Positions 9,921 to 19,709 of a DNA stretch of 64,000 nucleotides are shown piece by piece (the stretch's first letter is position 1; every line of letters starts with the position of its first letter). The DNA comes from Longimicrobiales bacterium (GTDB lineage: Bacteria; Gemmatimonadota; Gemmatimonadetes; Longimicrobiales; Gaopeijiaceae): positions 198,261-262,260 of the forward strand of contig JANQDZ010000034.1 of assembly GCA_028278645.1 (NCBI GenBank). Direction: 5' to 3'. The notes beneath the pieces are model-generated. The model worked only from the letters and a program-made list of their open reading frames with translations. It did not search any database and had not been told where the DNA came from. The translations under genes and the position numbers were made by a program.

Positions 9921-11600
9921 TCAGGCCGAGAGCTTCTTGTATTTGATCCGGTGAGGCTGGGCAGCCTCCTCACCCAACCGCCGCTTTTTGTCCTCTTCGT
10001 ACTCCTGGAAATTCCCGGGGAACCAGAACACCTGGCTATCCCCTTCGAACGCCAGGATATGGGTGGCGATCCGGTCCAAAAACCACCGATCGTGGGAGAT
10101 CACCAACACGCACCCGGCGAACTGTAGGATGGCCTCCTCCAAAGCCCTCAAGGTATCCACGTCGAGGTCATTGGTCGGCTCGTCCAGCAGAAGGACATTC
10201 CCACCCTCTTTCAAAAGCTTGGCAAGGTGGAGACGATTCCTCTCGCCACCGCTCAACACTCCGACCTGCTTCTGTTGGTCCGGGCCTTTGAAATTGAACC
10301 AGGAGAGATATGCCCTGGGGTTTATTTCCAGGCGGCCGAACTCGAGAACGTCCGCTCCCCCGGAGACTTCCTCGAAAACGGTCTTGTCCCCGTCCAGCGC
10401 TTCCCGGGATTGATCCACGTAGGCCAGTTTCGCCGTCTCCCCTACCTCCAGCTTCCCGCCATCAGGATCCTCCCTGCCCGTGATCATCCGGAACAGGGTT
10501 GTTTTCCCAGCCCCGTTGGCACCGATGATGCCCACGATGGCCCCGGGCGGTACGTCGAAAGTGAGCCCTTCCATGAGGAGCCGATCCCCATACCCCTTCC
10601 TCGCCTCGTCCGCTTTGATGACCAGCCTCCCCAACCGGGGCCCCTTGGGAATCAGGATCTCGGCGGTTCGAATCTGCTCGCGCTCGTCGGCGGCAAGGAG
10701 GTCTTCGTACGCGTTCACCCTGGCTCGACCCTTGGCGTGACGAGCCCGTGGGGCCATCCGGACCCATTCCAACTCCCTCTCCAGCGTTCTTTGCCTGGCA
10801 CTCTCCTGCTTCTCCTCCACCCGGAGCCGTTCTCTTTTCTGCTCGAGCCACGAGGAGTAATTCCCCTCCCATGGGATCCCCTGACCGCGATCCAACTCGA
10901 GAATCCACTCGGCCACGTTGTCCAGGAAATACCGATCATGCGTGATGGCCACGACCGTTCCGGGGTAGTCGGCAAGGAACCGTTCGAGCCAGGCTACCGA
11001 TTCGGCATCCAGGTGGTTGGTGGGCTCGTCCAGAAGGAGCATGTCGGGAGCTTCCAGAAGCACGCTGCACAGGGCCACGCGACGGCGCTCTCCACCGGAC
11101 AGCGTCGATACGTCGGCCTCCCCCGGTGGGACCCGTAGCGCGTCCATGGCAATCTCGACCTTCCGGTCCAAGTCCCAGGCGTCAGCGGCTTCGATCCGGT
11201 CCTGGAGTTTCGCCTGCTCCTCCATGAGGGCGTTCATCTCCTCGTCCGTGGAGATTTCGGCGAAGGCCATGCTGACATCTTCGAACCGCACCAGGAGGTC
11301 GCGGATCCCTTTCACTCCGAGTTCGACATTCCCCCTTACATCCAGAGAGGAGTCCAGCTCCGGCTCCTGGGACAGGTATCCGATCCTGGTCCCCTTGGCC
11401 GCCCAGGCTTCGCCCAGGATGTCGGTGTCCAACCCAGCCATGATCTTCAGGAGCGAGCTCTTCCCGGATCCATTCGGGCCCACTACGCCAATTTTCGCAC
11501 CAGGAAAGAACGACAAGCTGATGTTCTTCAAGATCTCCCTCTTGGGCGGGACAATCTTGGAAAGACGGTACATGTGGTAGATGAATTTCTGCTCAGTCAT
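9921..11600 (-). CDS. ettA: Energy-dependent translational throttle protein EttA (ABC-F)
   Basis: The N-terminus MTEQKFIYHMYRLSKIVPPKREILKNISLSFFPGAKIGVVGPNGSGKSSLL is near-identical in pattern to E. coli EttA. Length is 559 aa with two ABC cassettes. Confidence 0.9.
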   Translation of the reverse strand: MTEQKFIYHMYRLSKIVPPKREILKNISLSFFPGAKIGVVGPNGSGKSSLLKIMAGLDTDILGEAWAAKGTRIGYLSQEPELDSSLDVRGNVELGVKGIRDLLVRFEDVSMAFAEISTDEEMNALMEEQAKLQDRIEAADAWDLDRKVEIAMDALRVPPGEADVSTLSGGERRRVALCSVLLEAPDMLLLDEPTNHLDAESVAWLERFLADYPGTVVAITHDRYFLDNVAEWILELDRGQGIPWEGNYSSWLEQKRERLRVEEKQESARQRTLERELEWVRMAPRARHAKGRARVNAYEDLLAADEREQIRTAEILIPKGPRLGRLVIKADEARKGYGDRLLMEGLTFDVPPGAIVGIIGANGAGKTTLFRMITGREDPDGGKLEVGETAKLAYVDQSREALDGDKTVFEEVSGGADVLEFGRLEINPRAYLSWFNFKGPDQQKQVGVLSGGERNRLHLAKLLKEGGNVLLLDEPTNDLDVDTLRALEEAILQFAGCVLVISHDRWFLDRIATHILAFEGDSQVFWFPGNFQEYEEDKKRRLGEEAAQPHRIKYKKLSA

Positions 11601-11738
11601 GGCATTCGGGATAAGAGTGCGGGCCTTGAGGAGACGGTGACGAATCTAACGCCGGGGGACGAATCCAGGGGTTTGGCAGCCTGCCCTGTTCAGGCTTCCT
11701 CCCGGACACAAGATTGCCCATCTCAAAGGAGGGCACAA

Positions 11739-12920
11739 ATGTCCAAACAGAACCCCAGGGTCCCGGGCAGGCACTTCCTTCAAATCCCCGGCCCGTCCAA
11801 CGTTCCAGATCAAGTCCTCAGGGCCATGGCCCGGCCCACCATCGACCATCGCAGTGCCGAGTTTGCCCAGCTGACCCACCGGGTCCTCAAAAACCTCGGG
11901 AGGGTGTTTCAGACCGAGGAGCCCGTCCTTCTCTTCCCATCTTCCGGAACCGGTGCATGGGAAGCATCGCTGGTAAACACTCTCTCCCCGGGGGACCGGG
12001 TCCTGGCGTTCGAAACCGGACACTTCGCCACCCTCTGGAAAAAAGTGGCGATCCGGTTGGGCTTGGAGGTGGAATGGGTGGAGGGGGATTGGCGACACGG
12101 CGTCGATCTGGAAGCGCTGGAGACCAAACTCGCCCAGGACGCCGACCAGCGCCTGAAGGCGGTGCTCATCGTCCACTCGGAAACTTCCACCGGGGCCCTC
12201 AGTGACATTGAGGGTGCTCGCCGGATCCTGGACGCCACCGGGCACCCGGCACTCCTGATGGTGGATACCATCTCCTCCTTGGCCTCGGTGGACTACCGCC
12301 ACGACGAATGGGGCGTAGACGTGACGGTGTGTTGTTCCCAGAAGGGGCTCATGCTTCCGCCGGGTCTGGGAATGACCGCTGCGAGCGAGAAGGCTCGAGC
12401 AGCATCTGAATCGGCGAGTCTTCCCAGGTCATACTGGGACTGGGGACCCGTGCTGAAGATGAACAGGAAGGGATTCTTCCCTTACACCCCCCCGACAAAC
12501 CTCCTCTACGGGATGGATGAAGCCCTGGACATGCTCCTGGACGAGGGGTTGGAGGCGGTTTTTGCCCGCCACCGCCGACTGGCCGAGGCTACGAGGGCAG
12601 CCGTCACCGCGTGGGGCCTGGAAAACTGCTGCCTCGATCCCGACGGCCTCACGGATAGCCTGACCGCGGTTTGGATGCCTGATGGACACGACGCGGACGA
12701 GCTCCGAAAGGTGATTCTCGACCGGTTCGACATGTCGCTGGGAACAGGGCTGGGGAAGGTGAAGGGCCGGGTGTTCCGGATCGGGCACCTGGGCGACATG
12801 AACGATCTCATGCTGGCCGGCACCCTGAGTGGGGTCGAGATGGGGCTCGCTCTGGCGAAGGTCCCCCACCAGAAAGGGGGAATTGCCGCGGCTTTGGATT
12901 ACCTCTCTGGGTCGGAGTGA
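11739..12920 (+). CDS. Class-V PLP aminotransferase (serine/alanine--glyoxylate or serine--pyruvate aminotransferase family)
   Basis: ATG at 11739 is preceded by AAAGGAGGG. The sequence MSKQNPRVPGRHFLQIPGPSNVPDQVLRAM...SSGTGAWEA...VHSETSTG...QKGL resembles the AGXT/SGAT family. Confidence 0.8.
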   Translation: MSKQNPRVPGRHFLQIPGPSNVPDQVLRAMARPTIDHRSAEFAQLTHRVLKNLGRVFQTEEPVLLFPSSGTGAWEASLVNTLSPGDRVLAFETGHFATLWKKVAIRLGLEVEWVEGDWRHGVDLEALETKLAQDADQRLKAVLIVHSETSTGALSDIEGARRILDATGHPALLMVDTISSLASVDYRHDEWGVDVTVCCSQKGLMLPPGLGMTAASEKARAASESASLPRSYWDWGPVLKMNRKGFFPYTPPTNLLYGMDEALDMLLDEGLEAVFARHRRLAEATRAAVTAWGLENCCLDPDGLTDSLTAVWMPDGHDADELRKVILDRFDMSLGTGLGKVKGRVFRIGHLGDMNDLMLAGTLSGVEMGLALAKVPHQKGGIAAALDYLSGSE

Positions 12921-12966
12921 GTCCGAAGACCAGAAGGCTTAAGCCCAGCTCAACCCAGGAGCAAGC

Positions 12967-14334
12967 GTGGATCCAAACACCGCCGTAACCACCAACGTGG
13001 CCGTCGCCCTTATCGGGCTGGCCGGATGTATAGTCCTCCTGCTCTTCCTCATCGCCAAGTGGAAATGGCACGTCTTCTTGGCCTTGCTCCTACCGATCCT
13101 TCTCTTCGGGATCCTCCCGGGCGTGCAACGAAACAACTTCATAGACGCTTTCGAAACAGGATTCGGAAAAACCCTGGGATCTATCGGGATCGTCATCGTG
13201 CTGGGCTCCATCATCGCCGAAGCACTGCGGCACACCGGCGGGGTGCAGGTGATCACCCGGTCCATGGTGAGGTTGGTGGGAACCAAACGGATGCCCTTCG
13301 CCCTCACACTCTCAGGGTTCGTCCTGGGCATCGCCATCTTCTCGGACGTGGCCTACGTCATTCTCAATCCGTTGGTTCACTCCTCAGCTCACGCTATGGG
13401 GGTGGGGATCGGGACCATGTCCATCGGCCTGGTGGGAGCCCTCCAGCTCACACACGCCATCGTACCTCCCACCCCTGGGCCCCTTGCAGCAGCCGCCCTG
13501 GTGGGAGCCGACATCGGAAAGACCATCATCTTCGGCTCAGTGGCCTGCCTCGGGGGCGCGCTGACGGGTTGGTTCTTTGGCCAGTTCATCGCTGGCCCCC
13601 GGCTCAAAACCCCGCCGGATGCAGAGTTCGAGGACACGGGTACTCTGGGGGATGACCAAACGGAAGGTCTCCCTTCCACCCTCAGTTCTTACGCGCCCAT
13701 CGCAGTCCCCGTGGCCCTGATCAGCGCTCAGAGCGCCGGGAACCTCTTCCTGGAAGAGGGGACCTTCCTCAGAGAGGTCCTGGGGTTCGTAGGATGGCCG
13801 GTGGTTGCACTGAGCGTCGGCCTCTGGCTCGCTTTCCGAAACATCGGACCAGACGAGGACAAGACGGGGACAAAGAACCGTTGGGTGAAAGACGGCCTGA
13901 AAACCTCGGCGATGATACTCGTGGTCACTGGTTTGGGTGGATCGTTGAGTGAGATCCTGAAAGGGACTCCGGCGGTGGGGGCCGTGGCGGACGTCTTTGG
14001 ATCCTACGGCTTGCCGGCCATCCTTCTCCCATTTGTCATTGGCATTATCGGAAATCTGCTCACTGGCTCCACCACCGTCGGAGTGATCACGGCTGCTTCT
14101 TTGTCCGCACCGATGCTCGGTGACCTGAACCTCTCCCCCGAGGCCGCCATGCTTTCCGGAGCGTCGGGCTCGGTCATCATCAAATACGTGAACTCGAGCT
14201 ATTTCTGGGTCTGCACCTCTCTCTCGAAGATGGAGGTGAAGGAGGCTCTCTTGGGCTTCGGCGGCGTGACACTGGTAGGGGGACTGGCATCCTTCGCGGT
14301 AGTCTGGCTTATGTGGTCGGCGGGGCTGGTTTAG
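12967..14334 (+). CDS. GntP-family permease (gluconate/glycerate-type organic-acid transporter)
   Basis: Polytopic membrane protein. GKTLGSIGIVIVLGSIIAEAL...ALTLSGFVLGIAIFSDVAYVILNPL...THAIVPPTPGPLAAAALVGADIGKTI follows the GntP pattern. Confidence 0.75.
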   Translation: MDPNTAVTTNVAVALIGLAGCIVLLLFLIAKWKWHVFLALLLPILLFGILPGVQRNNFIDAFETGFGKTLGSIGIVIVLGSIIAEALRHTGGVQVITRSMVRLVGTKRMPFALTLSGFVLGIAIFSDVAYVILNPLVHSSAHAMGVGIGTMSIGLVGALQLTHAIVPPTPGPLAAAALVGADIGKTIIFGSVACLGGALTGWFFGQFIAGPRLKTPPDAEFEDTGTLGDDQTEGLPSTLSSYAPIAVPVALISAQSAGNLFLEEGTFLREVLGFVGWPVVALSVGLWLAFRNIGPDEDKTGTKNRWVKDGLKTSAMILVVTGLGGSLSEILKGTPAVGAVADVFGSYGLPAILLPFVIGIIGNLLTGSTTVGVITAASLSAPMLGDLNLSPEAAMLSGASGSVIIKYVNSSYFWVCTSLSKMEVKEALLGFGGVTLVGGLASFAVVWLMWSAGLV

Positions 14335-17282
14335 TGGTCGATTCAGCCGGCTCTCTCGAACAGGTTCTGAAAGCCTCCATCGAAGGTGAAGTCCGCTTCG
14401 ATCTGGTCACGAGGGGGATGTACTCCACCGATGCGAGCGTGTACCAGGTCGTGCCGGCGGGTGTAGTCATTCCCCGCAGCCAATCCGATGTGATTCGGAC
14501 ACTGGCCGTCTGCTCCGAACACGGTGTGTCGGTCACCGCGAGGGGGGGAGGGACCTCCCAATGTGGTCAGTCCATCGGGGCCGGAATCCAGATCGATTTC
14601 TCGAAGTACATGAGGAAGATCCTGGAGCTGGACCTCTCGAACAAAACCGTCAGAGTGGAACCGGGGATCGTACTGGCGGAGTTGAACCAGGAGCTCCAAC
14701 CCCACGGTCTGGTCCTGCCTTTGGATCTCTCCACCGCCAACCGAGCGACCATCGGAGGAATGATCGCGAACAACTCCTCCGGGACGCGGTCCATCGTGTA
14801 CGGTACCACCATCGACTACGTCCAGGAGTTGAAGGTCCTGTTGGCCGATGGATCCGTGGTGACGACTCAAAGGCTGGATCCCGGGACCTTGGAGTCGAAG
14901 TGCGACCAGCAAGACCTGGAGGGTTCATGTTATCGAGCCGTTCGAGACGTCGCCCGGGAGAGAGCCGACGAGATCCGAACCGGATTCCCTAAAATCAAAC
15001 GTCGGGTGGGAGGTTATAACCTCGACCGATTCCTTCCGCCGGACGACGCAGCCACCGGGGCCGATTCGGAGGCCTTCGACCTTACCCAACTGTTCGTAGG
15101 TTCCGAGGGGACCCTGGGTCTGGTTCTGGAGGCCACCCTGAAGTTGGTGGAGCCCCCCCGGGCGAAGGTCCTGGCGGTGGCCCAGTTCCGGGACCTTCGA
15201 GATGCCATGGTGGCCACACCCGTGATACTCGGCCACCAGCCCTCAGCCGTAGAGTTGATGGACCGGAACCTCCTGGAAATGACCCGGGGGAAGACCGAGT
15301 TCGAACCCCTGAGAGATTTTATCGTGGGGGATCCGGGGGCCATTCTCATCGTGGAGTTCATGGGGCAAACCGGGGAGGAACTCACCCCGAAAGTGAAAAG
15401 ACTCCAGACCGAGCTGGAAGCGGAGGGCCTGGCTAACCACGTCCACCGGGCCATCGAGCCCGGAGCCCAAGCCAAAATCTGGAAGTTGAGGCAAGCCGGG
15501 CTGGGCCTTTCTTTGGCTGAGGTAGGCGATACAAAAGCCATCTCCTTCGTGGAAGACACGGCCGTAGACCCGGGCCAACTCTCGGACTACATCGATCGGT
15601 TCCAGGAGATCCTGGACCGGCACCAGACCGAGGCCATCTTTTACGCCCACGCCTCGGTGGGCCTGCTTCATATCCGGCCCGCCATCAACATGAAAACCCC
15701 GGAGGGCGTTGGACGCTTTCAGGGCATCGCGGAGGAGGTCTCGGAACTGGTGTTGGAGTTCGGCGGAGCCCTGTCTGCAGAGCACGGCGATGGACTAGCC
15801 CGGTCCCCATTCCAGGAGAGAATGTTCGGTCCGGTCCTTTACCAGGCTTTCCGGAAGGTGAAGGAGACGTTCGATCCGGAGGGTGTCCTCAACCCCCAAA
15901 AGATCGTCAACGCTCCCCCCCTCACCAGCTCACTCAGATACGGGCCCGGGTACACGACCAGCCCACCGCCTACCGTATTCGATTTCTCCGATTTCCACGG
16001 CATCGGCGGTGCGGTGGAACAGTGCGGAGGGGTGGGAGCCTGCCGGAAGACGGTGGTGGGTAGCATGTGCCCATCGTACATGGCGACCCGCGAGGAGGCC
16101 GACTCCACCCGCGGCCGGGCGAACGCTCTGAGGATGGCTCTTTCCGGCCGGCTGGGTCCGGGGGGGCTCGCCAACCCGGACCTGTATCCCGTTCTCGACC
16201 TTTGCCTGGAGTGCAAAGCCTGTAAGGCCGAATGCCCCACCGGGGTGGACATGGCAAGGTTAAAAAGCGAGTTCCTCCACCACCACCATCATGCTCACGG
16301 GGCATCCCTTCGGTCGCGGCTCCTCTCCTCGGCGGAGGAGGCGGCAGTGTGGGGGAGCCGCCTGGCCCCCCTGTCCAACTGGATCGGGAGGAGCGCGCCG
16401 GCCAGGTGGTTCACCGAACGGGCATTTGGCATCGACCGGCGCCGGCGGGTCCCTCGAGCTGTTCGTCGCACATTCCTGGATTGGTGGGAATCCAGAGAAG
16501 CAGTAGGGCGCTCGGCTTCCGCCAGTGGACCGAATGGACGCATCGTCATCTTCGCCGACACGTTCATGAACTACTATGAGCCGGGACAGGGCAAGGCCGC
16601 TGTGCGGGTCGCTGAACACCTGGGGGCATCGGTGGAGGTCCCGCCGCGGGTGTGCTGCGGGAGGCCCAAAATCTCCAAGGGGTTCCTGGAAGAGGCCAGG
16701 GCCCAAGCCCGGGCCACGGTCCAGACCCTCTCTCCCCTCGCCCGTGCCGGAATCCCCATCGTCTTCTGCGAGCCGGGGTGTTTTTCGGCTGTCAAAGACG
16801 ACCATCCACACCTTCTCAGGGGTGAAGAGCGGGAAATGGCGGAGGAGGTTTCCCACCGGTGCTCCACATTCGAGGCGTGGGCAGAATCCGTCTTTTCGTT
16901 CGACGGATCACGGCCCTCCGATCTCGAGCATCCGCCGACCCTCGACAAAGGGCCCGAACACATCCTACTCCACCCGCACTGCCATCAGAAGGCACTGGGA
17001 GGACTCCCTCCCGTGCAGAGGCTCCTGGAACGAATCCCTGACAGCGCCGTGGAGGTCGCGGACGCCGGATGTTGTGGGATGGCCGGCTCTTTCGGGTACG
17101 AGAAAGAACACTACGAGACCTCGAAGGCCATCGGAGAACGGAAGCTCCTTCCGACGATCCGGCGGGCCGGGAAGGAAACGGTGGTCGTGGCACCGGGGTT
17201 CTCTTGCCGCCAGCAGATCCGACACTTCACCGAGGCAAAACCGGTGACGGTCATGGAGCTGATGGAAGGACTTCTACCATGA
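14313..17282 (+). CDS. Fused FAD-linked oxidase (GlcD-like) and Fe-S CCG-domain (GlcF-like) 2-hydroxyacid dehydrogenase, YdiJ-like
   Basis: 989 aa. The N-terminal FAD_binding_4 region (MYSTDASVYQVVPAGVVIPRSQSDV...ARGGGTS) is followed by C-terminal Cys clusters (CPSYMATRE..., CLECKACKAECPTGVD, CCGMAGSFGY). The start is GTG at 14313 or the in-frame GTG at 14334 (taGTG), either of which overlaps the GntP stop. Confidence 0.8.
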   Translation: MVGGAGLVVDSAGSLEQVLKASIEGEVRFDLVTRGMYSTDASVYQVVPAGVVIPRSQSDVIRTLAVCSEHGVSVTARGGGTSQCGQSIGAGIQIDFSKYMRKILELDLSNKTVRVEPGIVLAELNQELQPHGLVLPLDLSTANRATIGGMIANNSSGTRSIVYGTTIDYVQELKVLLADGSVVTTQRLDPGTLESKCDQQDLEGSCYRAVRDVARERADEIRTGFPKIKRRVGGYNLDRFLPPDDAATGADSEAFDLTQLFVGSEGTLGLVLEATLKLVEPPRAKVLAVAQFRDLRDAMVATPVILGHQPSAVELMDRNLLEMTRGKTEFEPLRDFIVGDPGAILIVEFMGQTGEELTPKVKRLQTELEAEGLANHVHRAIEPGAQAKIWKLRQAGLGLSLAEVGDTKAISFVEDTAVDPGQLSDYIDRFQEILDRHQTEAIFYAHASVGLLHIRPAINMKTPEGVGRFQGIAEEVSELVLEFGGALSAEHGDGLARSPFQERMFGPVLYQAFRKVKETFDPEGVLNPQKIVNAPPLTSSLRYGPGYTTSPPPTVFDFSDFHGIGGAVEQCGGVGACRKTVVGSMCPSYMATREEADSTRGRANALRMALSGRLGPGGLANPDLYPVLDLCLECKACKAECPTGVDMARLKSEFLHHHHHAHGASLRSRLLSSAEEAAVWGSRLAPLSNWIGRSAPARWFTERAFGIDRRRRVPRAVRRTFLDWWESREAVGRSASASGPNGRIVIFADTFMNYYEPGQGKAAVRVAEHLGASVEVPPRVCCGRPKISKGFLEEARAQARATVQTLSPLARAGIPIVFCEPGCFSAVKDDHPHLLRGEEREMAEEVSHRCSTFEAWAESVFSFDGSRPSDLEHPPTLDKGPEHILLHPHCHQKALGGLPPVQRLLERIPDSAVEVADAGCCGMAGSFGYEKEHYETSKAIGERKLLPTIRRAGKETVVVAPGFSCRQQIRHFTEAKPVTVMELMEGLLP

Positions 17283-18085
17283 AGATCGATCCGAGACTGT
17301 GCGTTGAGTGTGCAAACTGCGTCGCCGTTTGCCCCATGAGCGCCATCCACATTGATCCCGAGATACGCCGGGCTGTGGTGGACGAAGACGAATGCGTCGA
17401 GTGTTTTGCATGTTATCGAGGGATGAGTTCGGAGAACCTGAATCCCATGCTCATCCGGCTCGCCAGACGGACCCTCGGTCTCTTTCGTTTTCGGTTCGAT
17501 CCAGAGCCGGACGGGTGCCCTACCGCAGCTATCGTCCCACAGGAGTTGGAGTGGCCTCGGTCGATCCGCCGGGTGTTCAGCGATGTTCTGATGACTCACG
17601 AAGGAACGGGAATCCTGGGGCGTGGGACGGAAGAGGTAAAAACCAACGACGTGACGGGACGACTCGGCCCTGGGTTCGCCGGATTCGTGGTAGAGCTTGG
17701 CCGTCCTTCGGTTGGGGCCCGGTTCTACGACATCGAAAAGGTGTCCAGAGCGTTGGCCGCCGTCGGGGTGATCTTCGAAGAAAAGAACCCCATCACCGGT
17801 CTCATGACCGATGTCTCCGAAGGCGCCTTGGATCCGGAGGTCCTCGACGAGAAGGTCATGTCGGCGATCATCGAATTCCGAACACCTCTCGAGGGGACGG
17901 ACGCTGTGCTGCAGGTGCTGGAGGGCGTGGCTCGAGAGATCGACACGGTTATGGCAGTAGGCGTCGCTGCCCGATGTGGGGAGGACGGGCAGAACGACCT
18001 CGAAAGTATGCTGCCTGCCTTGGGATACCCCATCGTGAGAGCAAAAACCAATCTCGGCCTGGGCAGAGCGGAGGTGATCTCATGA
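17279..18085 (+). CDS. 4Fe-4S ferredoxin-domain protein with a C-terminal domain of unknown function
   Basis: ATG at 17279 overlaps the upstream TGA as ATGA. MKIDPRLCVECANCVAVCPMSAIHID...ECVECFACY gives a CxxCxxCxxxCP motif plus a second Cys cluster. Confidence 0.55.
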   Translation: MKIDPRLCVECANCVAVCPMSAIHIDPEIRRAVVDEDECVECFACYRGMSSENLNPMLIRLARRTLGLFRFRFDPEPDGCPTAAIVPQELEWPRSIRRVFSDVLMTHEGTGILGRGTEEVKTNDVTGRLGPGFAGFVVELGRPSVGARFYDIEKVSRALAAVGVIFEEKNPITGLMTDVSEGALDPEVLDEKVMSAIIEFRTPLEGTDAVLQVLEGVAREIDTVMAVGVAARCGEDGQNDLESMLPALGYPIVRAKTNLGLGRAEVIS

Positions 18086-18756
18086 CCCATTCCCTCCACC
18101 GATTCGGCCAACCGGAAGACCTCGCCGGCGACTACATCGTCTTCGCCATGCCTGCACAGGGTGTCGACCCGGAATCAGCGATTAGAACCGAGAAGGAGTT
18201 TCTGAGGAGATCCCTGAGACACCAACCGGTAAACCTGGGGGATGCAAAAAAGGGAGGTTGGTTCCAACCTCAGAAGAACCTGGGCCCCGGAGTCCACTGG
18301 CGACGAAACACCGAACCAAAACCCGAACTGGTCATAGATGGGGTGGATGCCCCAGGGATCGTCGCCGCCGTTTTCGACCGGTACGAGGCCATGGAAGCCT
18401 TTGTCGAGGAACTTCGGGAACTGGATTTGGGCGTCTCCATCAACATCAGTGCTCTCGCCGACCGGGCCGCCACCTGCTGCCGGGCGTGCGGAATCACCAG
18501 GCACAGCGTCGAATACTCCCTCGGGTTCTTGGGAAAAACCGAGAAGCTTCCCGAGAAGGAGATCCTGGAGTTGGCCACGATGTGTGGCCACGGAACCGTC
18601 TCCTTCGGGTTGGCCGAGAAGATGATGGATCGGGTTCGGTCCGGAAGGATGACCCCGAAGGCGGCTGCTCGGACTCTCGCCCGGTTTTGTGTCTGTTCGA
18701 TCTTCAATCCAGCGAGGGCCGAAGAGATCCTATCGGGGAAAAGAAAGAGGGGCTGA
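18083..18756 (+). CDS. Hypothetical protein (last gene of the operon)
   Basis: ATG at 18083 overlaps the upstream TGA as ATGA. The 224-aa ORF is followed by a hairpin terminator. Confidence 0.4.
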
Positions 18757-18807
18757 CCCACTGGTCAGCCCCACCTTCCCTTCCGGTCGACCCTCCGACC
18801 GATTCTC

Positions 18808-18834
18808 CCGCCCGAACCGGGCGGCTGGTTTAAT
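18808..18834 (+). terminator. Weak intrinsic terminator between convergent genes
   Basis: A 7-bp GC stem (ccgcccg/cgggcgg) with a 3-nt loop is followed by tggttt. Confidence 0.35.
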
Positions 18835-18838
18835 GCGC

Positions 18839-19060
18839 TCAGGAGAAGCCCGAATGTCCGCAACCCCTTCCAACCGCAGGGGGAGCGCTCGAGCTACTCC
18901 GGGATCCGACCAGAACCCCCACTGAAGTAAAACTCCGCTCTGCGTTCTCGGAACCGCACTCCGGACAGGGGGGCTTGTTCCCTTCGGAGTACTCAGACAT
19001 GGACATGCGGACCAAAAACGCATGGTCGCAGTCGGGGCATCGATAATCGTATCTGGGCAT
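18839..19060 (-). CDS. FmdB-family zinc-ribbon protein
   Basis: MPRYDYRCPDCDHAF...PCPECGS shows a CxxC...CxxC motif on a typical FmdB-type N-terminus. Confidence 0.65.
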   Translation of the reverse strand: MPRYDYRCPDCDHAFLVRMSMSEYSEGNKPPCPECGSENAERSFTSVGVLVGSRSSSSAPPAVGRGCGHSGFS

Positions 19061-19145
19061 GGCCCCTTAGCCAGGGATCACTCGAAACAAGAACTGCTCT
19101 CACCTTTAAATATCGACAACTCCAGGATCGGAATCCACCCTCCCC

Positions 19146-19598
19146 CTACTTCTTTCTGGCCTTCTCGAAGTTGTCGATGAACTCGTCCACCGGTTGGCCG
19201 GCGGCGATCTCACCGATCACATGGAGCGGGAGGTTTTCCAGCTTTTTGAACCGGATACAGGACTTCCCCATGTCGAGCTTTTTGTCGGCCTTCTCGAACT
19301 CGGACTTCAGCCAGCTCTGGCTGAGGGGATCCATGTAAACCCCGGAGGAATAGACGGCGTAGTAGTTCTTCTGAGCTGCCAGTGCCATATACAGAAGAGG
19401 CTGTTTGTTGTAGGTGTCGGGATAACGATCCAGGGGAATTTCGTAAGCGATCATCCCCCAGTTCATGGATTCCTCGTATCCCTTCGGCAGATTCTTCAGA
19501 ATCACATCTCTGACCTGGGAGATGACCTCCCTCCGGTCCTCGGGAAGCTCCTCCAGATACTCCCCCACCGTGCTGGCTTTGCTGCTCGCCATGCTCAA
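19146..19598 (-). CDS. DUF1801 (YdhG-like) domain protein
   Basis: 150 aa. The pattern VGEYLEELPEDRREVISQVRDVIL resembles the DUF1801 family. Confidence 0.6.
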   Translation of the reverse strand: MSMASSKASTVGEYLEELPEDRREVISQVRDVILKNLPKGYEESMNWGMIAYEIPLDRYPDTYNKQPLLYMALAAQKNYYAVYSSGVYMDPLSQSWLKSEFEKADKKLDMGKSCIRFKKLENLPLHVIGEIAAGQPVDEFIDNFEKARKK

Positions 19599-19709
19599 GC
19601 CTCCTGAATGTCTTGGGAACGGACGGTCCAGGGACCCTACCCACCCTGGAGGACCCTTGTACGTCGTTTCACCCCGACGGTTCCACTCCCCCCGGGTACC
19701 TGTTCCGGC

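Noticed and set aside
10227-11138. 303-aa plus-strand ORF
   Set aside because: It is antisense to ettA, which has an unambiguous identity.
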